Source of the DNA: a virus
IMG/VR virus record: IMGVR_UViG_3300035204_001773
Coordinates: 32,001 to 96,000 of that record
Length of the DNA stretch: 64,000 nucleotides
Direction: 5' to 3' (one strand)
Shown here: positions 40,101 to 52,100 of the stretch, piece after piece
Numbering within the stretch: the stretch's first letter is position 1
Layout of the letters: every line of letters starts with the position of its first letter
The notes under the pieces: generated by a model
Seen by the model: the letters and a program-made list of their open reading frames with translations, nothing else
The model's database searches: none
What the model was told of the DNA's origin: nothing
Translations under genes and position numbers: made by a program

Positions 40101-43100
40101 CATGTCTTTTGTTTGGCCTGCTCTAGAAATTACGCCAAGCCTTTGGTTTCCTTGGGTTCCGTATTTTTTGGCATCCATTTTGCGCTCGATTTCTACTTCT
40201 GACAGTTCTTTCCTTGTTAATCTAGAATCGCCTTTGCCCTCTTTGCCTGTAAAAATATTCTTATGGAGTTGGTCCATTAATTTTGCTCCCGAACCTCTTG
40301 CTAATATATTGCCACGATGATCTCTTACAATAGACTCTCCATCATCGCCTTCTTCTACTTTAATTGCTCCCGTGGCCGACAGGTCTTGCACAAAGCTTCC
40401 TCGGGTTATAGCCTCCACTCTTCTGCCTCCAGACATATAATATGTTTTCCCATCAGCTGCTTTGTATAATTGGGTTTTTTTAATGGTCTTACCAGTATTT
40501 TTGTCGACATATTGCTGAGATACTAATTGTGTTTCTCTAGCCTCGATTTTCTCTTTCATAGCAGGCATCTTCTTCATCTTCTCTCGCCACGCTTTGATGG
40601 CAGCTTCATTTGCTCCACCCCTTTTAAGCATCTCTTCTGCATCAACGAGGTTACCCTCCTGCATGGCCTTGTGATATTTACCACCCATTCTACCTGCTCT
40701 AGATTGTTCTGCTATCGCTTTTAAATCTCGTTTCCTCCCCGCTACTTCATTTTGAGCATCAATATTTGATTGCATTCGGCCGGGCATCATTGTCTTATCA
40801 ATACCTTCATACCAAGATTGCCCCATTTGTTCTCTTTCTAAATGTTTGAATTGCGCTTTAGTAGCCTCTTCTCTCATGTCTAATTTGTTCATTTCTTCCC
40901 CTACTTTAAACATCATCTTTACTTCGTCAGGTAAACCGGGAATATCTTTCATCTCCGACAAAATTTTATTACGCTTGGCTGTAGCTTCAGGAAGCTTTCC
41001 AGAGTCAAGTTCTTCTAAAGAAGCAAACCTCCCGCTCGCTTTTCTCATTTCCGCTTGCTGCGCGAACAATGCGGCTGTTCTTTGCGCAAATCCCTCTGGG
41101 TCATCTCCCATTCCTAGAGAGGATAGTTTGTCATACCAAGCCAAGTCGGCATTATTTTTAATGTATTCGGCTCGTTCAGATGGTTCCATCGCTGCGAGCT
41201 CTTTTCCTGACTTGCCAGTATAATGCTCAAGCCTATCGCTCATGTTTCGCATTTCTTCGGGGGATATACGAAGCAACTCTTTCTCCATATCAATCAGTGC
41301 GCTACTATCTGCACTCGCTGTTGTCCCAGTTTGTATTAAGTTGCTCATTAATTTTTGAGTTGATGCAGCTTTCTCTGCGTCGTAAATCAAAGCGGCGTTT
41401 TCTCCTTCTCCAAAGTTTAAAGATAAACCAAATCTATTTTGAGAACCGGGTTGAGTTAGTACTTCATCCCATAGTGCGCTAGCTAATTGTTGTCTTATTC
41501 CGTGATCTTTTTCTCCCGCTCTAGCTATTGCAGCATTTATTTTAGCGCCAGCCTCATCGGCTTTCATGTCTTTTTGACGTCTGAAATGATCAGCTAAAGT
41601 GGCCGCTGTCATTGCGACCCATATTGCCGCACCAACTGGACCACCAGCCAACAATGCTGGTCCCATAGCTAAAATATCTATACCCAATCGGGTTCCAGTA
41701 GCAACGCGATCTTTTTGTAATTGGAGTTGGTGCATTTCCACAGTAGCATCAGCCCCATCAACCCCGCCTTTTTCCATGCGCCCCTGAAGACCTTCCATTT
41801 CTTTTGCGTAAGCTTTATTTACAAAATGAGAACCAATCATTTGTCCAACTATACCAACTCCAAGACCACGTATTGCTGATGATCCTCCAAATTTCTTTGC
41901 CATCCCCTTGGTCCACTGGCCAGACTTACTTGCTTTCACTGATTTCCATATGCCGCCTTTTTTCGCTACCTTGTCTAATCCCTCTCCCGCTTTTTTGTAC
42001 GCGGCACCTCTTAACCCCTTATCGCTCGCATCTGTGAAAAAGTCTGCAGCTTTCTTGACGGCGCTTTTCTTTGACCCGCTCTTTACGCTTTGTTCTATTG
42101 CGCCTTCGGCCAATTCTTTAGCCGCTCTTTGCTGAGCTTCTTTTTCCAAGCCCCGCATAATCATATACGTGCCTACCCCATAACCTCCATACGTAGCTAT
42201 TCCTTCTCCTATTTTAGCTATGGTTTTATTCTCGTTTTGCATAAGGTATTTACCAATCCAACCAGTAGCTAAACCAGCGCCAATACCCACAGCACCGCCC
42301 CTAAGATCTCTACCTATAGTGCCTCCACCGAATTTTCCTCCTCCAAAGCCCCATTTTTGTTTACCCATCTGCCACATCTGTTTATAATTGTTGCCGAATA
42401 ACGTGCGGGACATTAGCCCTCCTTGCTCTGGGCGATAAAGACCGATCTTATGGGAAAGTTTTCCTATGGTTTTCATGGCAGTCTTAACCTTGCCATCTCT
42501 TCGACCTTCTATACCTTTTGCTAAATCCTTGGAAGCTGCATCTAATCGCCGGGCGAGGAGTTCCTGATCTGCTTTCACCTTCATGTTTTGCTCTGTTTTC
42601 AACGCATCAGCTTGCAACCTTCCTAGCTGCGCATTCCGCTGTTTCGTGGCGTCCGCAGACCGCCGCCCCGGATCCTTCTCTATCGCTTGTAATTGCTTTT
42701 CTAGCAACCCTGAGTCCGGCCCCGCCTTTGCCATCATCAAGCGTCCCAGTTTTTGTGCTCCGCTGCGTCCGGATTTGTCAGGCGGTAAAGCGGCCACCTT
42801 ATCCAGCGGGGTATTTTTTCCGCCCTCAACGTGTTTGGTCCAAGCCGCTTTAAGCATGTTCTGCCCCTTACTATAAGACATTGAGCCATTACCGACTTTT
42901 TTCTCAATCCTCGCTCTTGTTTTTTCAAACTGTGCTACGGCCTTTCTAATGTTAACATCGTGCGGATTACCAAAACCCATTGCCCCCTTTCCAACGCCCT
43001 TAAGGCCCATTGCGCCTGCTTTATATCCTCTATTAGCTAATGCAAATTTAGCCTTCCCAGCGACCTTAGGATCACTGGATCGGGCATTGGTTTCTAATTT

Positions 43101-46100
43101 AGCGCGGGCCTTACCTCCTTCTTGCTTGAAATCCGGATCTAGTGCCTTCATTCTTTCAACGTTTTGTTGAGACAGTTCAACAACGTTCCCTCTTGCGCTG
43201 GGTCCCCCGCCCGCACGGCTCATGGAACGGTCCGTGAGTATAGCTGCTAACGAACTCACCCGACTGGAAGGCGCTCTCACACTACCAGACCACTTGCCAC
43301 CAGCCCCATCATTTGCTGATCGACCAACAGAGAAATTAGCCGCTTTATTCATTGCTGAAAGCTCTCGAATCCTCAGTCTATTCTTTCCGTGACCTTTTTT
43401 CGCACTCTTAGTTTGCTCAGCCAAACTCGCTATTACTTTGTCGAAACTCCTTGCGGACCCCAGTTTCTTCAGCAGCCCCTTTTTCTGAAGCAACTTTATT
43501 TGATCGTCAGTAAGACCTAATTGATCTTTTAAAACATTTGGATCCTGAAGAGCTCTTCTAGCAAGCCTTCTGTCTTTGGCGGCTTCTTTCCGCTCATGAG
43601 CTTTTCTTTCCTTGGGGGTCATCGCCTGCTCCCTCGCACCCTCAGTAATCCAAGAAGGTACCAAGCTTCGTTTTCCTGTCCAGAAATTTTCTCCCTTTGC
43701 AACCAATGGTAATTGAGATGCAAATCTGCCCGTCATTCTTCCTAGCGCTCCAAACATTCCCTCTCGCTTACCTCCGGGTAATCCCGTTCTTGCATCTGGG
43801 AAAAGACGCCTCATCTCTTCTCCTCTACCACCTTGTCTGCCTATTTTAAATCCTTCCATGACAGGGCTTTTCTGAAGGTGCTTGTTCATTAATCCGCCGA
43901 ATCTGGAAGGTAAATTTTTCAACCATTCCTTGGTAACTCCAGCACCTATTCTAGCGCGCCTTGCGAGCCACTCAGATCTAGACATGTTATTAGCAGCAGG
44001 GCCCTTTTTCAATTGTTCCATTGGAATAGTGTTTCGCACCAATCGGCCACGGTATCCAGAGCCTTCTTTTGAAAATTTCATGCGCTCGGGCTTATCAAGA
44101 TTTAATGCTCCAGCCTTCCACCCCTTCTTAATGTCTGCGAATGATTTACCGCCCGCTTCTTTTAATCTACCCGGAATACTACCCAATTTCTTCTTCAGGT
44201 TTTTCATGTAATCCATCGCCAAAACACTTTTCATGCCCGCTTTTGTATATGCATCGCGGGTTTTCATTTGGGCTCTTTGATTCTGTCTCTCTTCTGGAGA
44301 GATTTTTTGCATAAATCTCCGGCCACGTTTAAAATTATCGTATGGTTTTCTTAATCTTTCTGCTAAAGTGGGTTTCTTTTTATCTAATCCACTAGTATCA
44401 ATCTTAGTGCCTGATGTAGCTGCTTGTAATTGTGCGGCTTGCTTTGGGGTACCAAATAAGTTCTTCAAGAAGTCCCCGGCCTGAATAGTTTTTATTCCTA
44501 ATTTAGTAGCAAGACTTCTAGATTTAAATTCCGGCATAGCCATCAACGAATTTCTCTGGGGGCCGGATAATTTACCGAAAAATCTCCTAGCTCTGCTGAA
44601 GTCACCACGGAATTTTTTGCCCTTAGAAACCAGTGGGGATCTATTAAAATCAAAGAAAGATGCAGCAGCTTTATGTACGCTACCCACGGCTTTACCAACT
44701 GGCGAAGATTTTACAGTCTCTCCCGCATCAACTAATCCAGTGGCGATTTGATGCTGTAATTTTTTAACTAGATCTTGTCCACCCTTTATGCCTGCTCCGA
44801 ATTTCCGCATTCGGGAATGTTCTACTTTACCTTGGAATCCGCCGTGCTGCCTTCCAGTAGGTTGGCCAGCACCAAATCTATATCCCTTCACAAGCTCAGT
44901 CTGATTAAACCTAGCCTTCATAGAATTAAGTTTACTCTTCGACCATGTCTTAAAATTATCCTTACCTCTGCCAATTCCGTCTACTAAACTGGTGCTTAAA
45001 TTTTTGAAAGTTGCACCAAGTTTTTGCGCCCCACTAGCTTTAACCTCTGGGGCACCGGGCATGGCAATGTTAAATTTTCTCAAATTCCCGCTCTTGAACC
45101 CATGCTTAAAGTCTCCCAACATCCCCTTAGCGCCCGCATGACCCTCTATAATTTTATTTAAGATGGGGGACTTTTGCATGTTTACTAAGTTCTTGGCAAA
45201 CTGTTGTCCTTGACCTAATGCAGATTTAAGATGTTGCACTGAAGCTGCTGCACCCTTACCGAGACCCTCTGTTCTTAAAGCTGAGTCAGTTGCTACAAAG
45301 GCTCCCTTTGCTCCTCCGGTATATCCATGCTTAAAGGCTCCCACTTGATTCCAGAAGTTCGTCTTTACGGAACCGGTAGCTTTACTAACTTGAGACTTTA
45401 TTGATTTAGCTAAGGACTCTGCAGATCCCACGCTCGCTCCGATTCTTGTCATTCTATTTCTAGATTTTATTTGTTCCTTTTGATTCTTTATCTCATCGAA
45501 CTTCATCTTTCCAGTAAATCTTTTACCTCTTGAAAAGTCTTGCTTGTACCCCCTTAATGCTTTAAGAATTGGGGATCTGCTTAAATTAGTAAACTTTTTA
45601 CTTAAGTCTGATATCTGTCCTCCTGTAAATTTCACGCCTCTATACAATGGAGATTTCCTCAAATCAGCAAGGCCAGTTAACATTCTTCCTGCTCGAGAAT
45701 TAAAAAATTTCTCGCTCATTTTTAAAGCCGGTTTGTTTGAATCAGCTTGGATTGTACCCATGTTTTTCTCGCCATGAATACTTAGCGCGGTGGTTTTCGG
45801 AACTCTACCAAATTTCTCTCTCGCAAAATTCATAAACCTTTCTTTAAGTTGAGAAGGATGTACATTCTTTTCTCTAAGCAGGTGAGGAACGGCGACCTTC
45901 AAAAAGTCTTTCGCCATAACCCAATTACCTTTTGCGCCCATTCTTTCGGCCATTCTTTGAGTACTATATGTTTTATACTCTTCATCAATAGAACCAAGTT
46001 GAACCCTGTTTCCTATTTCTTTTATCATGCGCTGATAACCGGCCTGACCCTTAACCATTTTAAATAGCTTTTGACGACTGAAGCTTCCATCTTTATTTAA

Positions 46101-49100
46101 GAAGCGCTTATCACCCGGTTTAATTTCTATATCATTCATCTGTTGAGACAACATTTTGGAAAATTGATCAGCCATCTCGGGCGGCAAACCACTAAACGCA
46201 TTCATTGCGAGGCGACTTGGGCTAACGGTTACGCTTTTGCCCGTTGCAAGAGCCTTATTGTAAGCCTCTCCCAGACCACCCATAACCTGCCTATGTGTCC
46301 GCTTCATCCATGCCCTTTTCGAGAATCCGCCCTTCGTTGACGTTTTTGCCTGATCCATCAAGCTTTTGTCAGGAGCAGTATCGCCCAGTCTCTGCCTCAT
46401 GAATTCATCAGGAGACATAGTACCCATTCTATGCTCTGCTGCGCCACCCTTTTGGCCGACGCCTGCTTGTTGTTGAGACAACTCCACTTGCGCACCCATG
46501 CTTTTCAATAAGTATTGACTCGCTGCATTCTTTGATGCTTCACCACCCAAGTTTTGCGCTGCCTTGCCACTCTCTAATGCGTGAGTCATTTCATGAACTA
46601 TTAAACCTCTTTGCACATTTCGTGCCATTTGACCAGCGCCACCTTTTTGTTTTCCTGCTTTTACAATTTCATCATCAACCACCACCTGATTCTTCGTGGC
46701 ATCCCACCAGCCACCCCAGCGTGCTCCACTTGCACCACCGGGTTTGTTAGTCGTATTTTGCTTAGTTATATCCCAATTTTGTTTAACTGCATTAGCGTAA
46801 TCTTTTTTGATACTTTCCCCAAGAACCCCAGTGGGAGATCCAGTTTTCTTGGCCATATTTTGCTCGTATAGATTACTTAATTTTATTGATTCGAACATGG
46901 CGTATCTTTTAGACATACCACCGACAAGTTTTCCTATCTTACCTTCTGCAAAATAATTAGTAAATAGCTTTCCGTGAAGTTTATTCAAAGCGCCTGCGCC
47001 CATACCTTTCACCTTGTCTACGATAGGCCCGCCAATTTTTCTAGCACCTTCCGCCATTGACGACTTCCAACTTCTCCACGTATCTTTTATATTAAAGGGC
47101 ATTTTATACCTAGAAGCCATGTTCATGGCTTCTTTAATGCTCATGCCAACGCCGCCAAGTCCCGCAGATGTTTTCTTTCCTAAATTAGTAAACCACTTAG
47201 CCGTGTTCCTGACCCAATTATTTTTAGAATCCTTCTTTACTTGTGCGGCTTTCTTCGGTTTTTTCTGCTTCACCTTTTCTGGTGCGTCTGTTAAAGCGCT
47301 CCCCATAAAATAAGGAGACAAGCCTGCGTAAAATGCGTTCATAGCTCTCCAACTATGCTCTTCTTCTCCTGCTAGATTAATCGCTTGTCCCCCCATGGGA
47401 GTATCCAATACCATTTGTTTTCGCGAACCACCAGTGCCAAGGGGTCCACCGCGTGCGCCAAACCATGTACTATGATGACCACTTCTTCTATCTAGAACAT
47501 TAGCTACGCCGCCTCGCACGCTTGTGCCACCGGGCAAACTATCAATGAGGCCCCTAGATCTCCCTTTTAATAGATCGTCGTAAAGATCTAGCATGTCAAG
47601 TTTTTCTTGGTTTGTGAATTTGGTACCACCCATTCCAAGCTTGTTCCATATATCCGCTTGGTATACTTGCCCGAAGCTACCCGTGCCCGGAACAAATCCA
47701 CCCGCTGCGAACGACATGGGAACCATTCCCTGCGCGTAAGTTTTTCTTCCGTGGTCTACGCGCAATTTACCTCTATCTTGTAACCATTTTCGTTGATCTT
47801 CATGAAGAAATCTTCCTGTAGCGGGATCAAACCCAACAGGACGACCTCTTCCAGCGGGCATTAGGCTTGCTCCGCTAAGATTAGAGGGGTCTCCAAGAGT
47901 TCCATCAATTTTAGGGTCACGCCCACCGGTTTGGCCAAACGCCCATATCGCCGTCCTTTCGTCTAGCCCGCCACTGTCACCAAGAGCACCCAACTGGTAG
48001 GCAGGTATACCTGTTTCTAACGAATACAGATAACGATACGCTCTTTTCCAATCCTTGGGGCCATAATATTGTTGTATATATCTTCTAGTTAATTCTCTCT
48101 GCGCCCTTGGATCTCTTCCTGTTTCTGGATCATTCCTTAAACTTGTAAGATATTCTCTTATTGGGGATAAATTAGCATAAGTATTCCCATCCGAACCCTT
48201 GACAGGTTTATGAGCACCACCACGACCCATCATTTCTTGCTTTGTCCTAGCTTTAGAAGCGGCGGCTATACCCCCCAATGAGCCAGCGTTGATTCCCCAT
48301 TTATTTGCTTCTTCTGACCATTTTTCTTTTGGGTTATTTTTTTGAATGAAAGAGTACATCAAGCGTGTCCACTCTCCGGAGTTTTTAGCTATTCCATTAC
48401 TCTGTAGCATGCCATGAAACTCATTAATGGAAGTTCCAGAAGAAACAGATACGCTTGGCTGCGAGGGTGTTCTCAAATGGTATACCTGATTTCCCATTTT
48501 TCTAGCTCCTCGAACAAATTCGCTTCTAGTTCTTCCTCCTTGTTCGGGGATATGCAAAAAGCCGGGGAGATTTTCTTTTGGCTGCCCTAATGTAAAAAAT
48601 TCGTTTTGCCCTCGAAACAAACTAAAGTTGCTAAGATTACCTTTTCTGATTTCTTCTTGTTCTGATTTAACTCTGTCAATAAAATCCTTTGTGTTATTCA
48701 TGCCTACAGCGCCCATAGGCATGTTCAGAGCGATCTGAGGAGTTAAATTTATACCAGTACTACTTTTGATCCTCTGTTTAACGTTATCATATTTTTGCCA
48801 ATCGAGGACATTGTCTGATGTGAGCTCGGTGTGATTAACAATATCTGGATTTCTAGCAATAGCATCATGCCATTCAGAGTACCACTTTTCTAATTTGTCA
48901 TATTTTACTTCTACTTTTCTAAGCCCATCTGTTGAAGGAAGCAAATCAGGAGATGGAGCAAAAACCTCAATTGGAGAGGGGGATCCTCCAGCAGCCAAGC
49001 TAGGAACCTTATATGTAATTTTTTCTCCGGGGGTATACCCATCAGAAGCTACCGTGTAAGGATTAATTCCCCAAGCCGCTTTTGATCTTTGCTTGTGTGC

Positions 49101-52100
49101 CTTGCCAGCTTTACTAAATTCAGGAGGATTAATAAAAGGTTGACTTATTCCGGGAACACTAACAACGCTTTCAGCTGAGTTATAAGTAACATTCCCAACT
49201 CCAGAGATTTTCATATTTTTTATAGCGCCAGCCCTATATCCCCCCTCTAAAGCTTGCGATCTTTCTATGCTTGCGCTCAGTCCGCCACCACCGGGGACAA
49301 ATCCATGAGCGGCTCGCGATTGCTTTTCTCTCAAAGCCTCTATTTCGCTTTCTGTTTGTCTTAGTCTTGCTCTTATTGGCCCCCTGTCTCGTTCATCCGC
49401 TGCTTGAAGTTCATTTTCTATTCGTCTTTTTTGTGCTTGTAATTGACCAAGCTTTTGGTGGGCTTGTAAATTTTCGTCCAATGTTTTAGCGGTTTGAGTG
49501 GCAACTCTAGGTTTTTTAACTCTTTGCCCTATTGAAAATGGAGAATCCTCTCCGTCTCTTTGTTCTCTTGCCGCTTGATCGAATACTCCTTGTAATCCAC
49601 GAGCATGTGTTGAGGATATTCCAAATTTTCGCCCCGCGCCGGGTGCTTTAAGCATGTTAGCTATATCTGCTGCACTACCAGCGCCCTCGGTTTCAAAAAT
49701 ATTTTTTAACGTTCTCTTTCTCTGTTTAGCATCCATTCCTCCCATGGCGGCCATCATCTGTGGATCCATTGCGAGTTGACCTACTTGCATATCTGCATCT
49801 CGTTTTGCATCTTTCAGTTTCTTTTTGTTCGCCTCTCTATCGCCTTCTCTTTCGAATTGATCATACGCATCTTGCGCCCCTTGAACGCCTCTTCTTGCTG
49901 CTCCCATATCAGTAGAAGCGCTCGTTAACGCGGCTTGTGGATCGAAGTTAATTGCAGAAGCTAAATCTTTAGGTAATGACCCTAATCTTCCATCAATAGA
50001 TTTTAATTGCTGCAACTGTTGCTTGTCTATAGCACCAGTCATGAATTCTTCATCGAATACATTAGCGACACTTTCTTCTGCTCTCCCAGCTTCACGTCTC
50101 ATACCAGCGACAACTCCGCGTGGAGCCCCTGCGGCTTCCGCTTGATCAGCCATCATGTTAAGCTGATTTGATCTGTCCTTACCCATTTGTTTAATGAAAT
50201 CTCCTCTAAATTTCATCAGATCCGGGAACTCTATCTGTAGTCTTCTTTGTACTTCTTCGGCGGTTTCAACTCCACCCCCTGCTTTCACCTGAGCCTCTTC
50301 TCTTCCTCCAAACAAACTTCCACCCATCAGTCCCTTCAATCCTCTGAGCATTTCCGCAGTACCTTTTGCTTGTTGCCCTTTAAAATCAGCCCCAGCTTCT
50401 TGGGTTTTTTGCATACGTATTAATCCCTCTAGAAACCCTTCTATATCAGCGGTTTGCTTATCTGGATCTAAAAGTCCATCCATTCCTCCAAGCATCGAAA
50501 CGTCACGCTTTCTTTGTCTTTCTTGTTTCTCAAATTCGAAAGCTTGTTTTGCTATATCAATCTGTGCTTGAGTATTTATACTTAATTCTTTAAGTTGTCT
50601 TAATACCTTCTGCCCCTCTTCTCTACTGCTTCTTACTAATCTATTTATTAATTTGGGCCCCAACGCGCTAGTGACGTCAGATCTTTCTGTAAATTTCTTT
50701 ATAGCATCTGCGGTTTCTGTTGCGCTTAAATCTTTATTTTTTTCCATCATAGCAGTGAACTCTTGAGAAATTCTTCCTATGTCATCTGCCTGTGATCCCT
50801 TTTTCTTTTCTTGAAGTTTGGTTAGCTCACTTTGAAATTCGGAAAGCTGCTTGCCTCTTGCTCCTCTGGTTGCGTCTTGAGCCTTCGTAAACTGATCATT
50901 GCGAATTCCTGCCGTTTTAACTTGTAAACCAAAAGCGGACGCACCCATGGTGCCCCTTCTCATCATGCCCATGCCGCCCTTTAATCCTTCTATGTCGACC
51001 CTTCTTCTCGCGCCACCTTCAATATCTTTGATTTTTGTAACGAACATTAATGCGTCATTAAAATTTCGTTGAGCTTCCACGAACCCTTGTTTGGCTTGAT
51101 CAAGAGCTTCTTTTAATTTTTCTGATTGTTTTCGAGCTTTCTCTCTCGCTGCATTACTTTCGTCATGTTTATCACTATTTTCTTTTTGCGCTTGAATTAA
51201 TTTATCCATTTCTTTTGCGAGAATGGTTAACCCGCCCTTGCCTTCTAAATTCTGTATACCTTGCTGCGCGTTCGCATTAAGACTTAGGCCTGCATTTTCC
51301 AATATTGATATGATTGCACTAGCATCATCGCCAGCGCTTTTAAGGCCCGGGCCTCCGGCTAATTTTGTCATGGCATCTCTATTTGAAAATGCACCTATCG
51401 AACTCAATACCTCCTTTGCATCTTCTTCAGCAGCCTTATTGTCTATCTTTGATCGTTTTGTACCAAAAGTTCCACCAGTTTCATATGGGTTGCCGAAATC
51501 CATCATGCCTAAAGTAAGACCTTCGGCAAGGGTCTTAAGGACTCCCGCATTGCCTTGCTGCTGTCTTTTGGTAAGATTGTCCCCGGCTACTTTCTGATTT
51601 CTATCTTCCTCTAGTCGCTGGCGAGCCTTTTCATAAGCTTCTTTTAATTGGTTTGCGCTTACAGCCATGCCCATGGCCATTCCTGCTTCTTCATCAATAG
51701 CGGTAATAGAACCCATTAAGTCTAATAATTTCTTATCCAATCTTCGCATCGTTTCGAATGGGGCAGCGCCGTCTTGTTTAGCGGAGTTTAACTGGTCCCA
51801 CGTAGACATATATTGAGACATGGCGTCATTTATTTCTGTATATTTTTCTTTAGCCGTCTCTGCGTCTTTAGCCATATCTTTCGCGTTCATCGCGATGTCT
51901 CGAATCCACGCGGTTGCTTTGTCTATACCAACGGCTAGAGCAGCCGCTCCGCCGACGACTCTTCCAAAAGTTCCCGGAAGGACAGCAACAATAGCAGAGA
52001 AAGAGTTCTGCATCCCAACTAATGTATCTGTAACGCCCTTAGCTTCGGGCACAATTTCTCCCAAACTCATTCCTATCTGGGACATCATAAAGGATCTAGA

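Noticed and set aside
47655-47699. GTGSFGQVY resembling a protein-kinase Gly-rich loop
   Set aside because: No downstream VAIK, HRD or DFG equivalents; it overlaps a degenerate linker.
48480-48800. Possible ParB/Srx-like motif (LTPQI...GGRTR) in the TMP
   Set aside because: Too weak to call by eye; needs a profile search.
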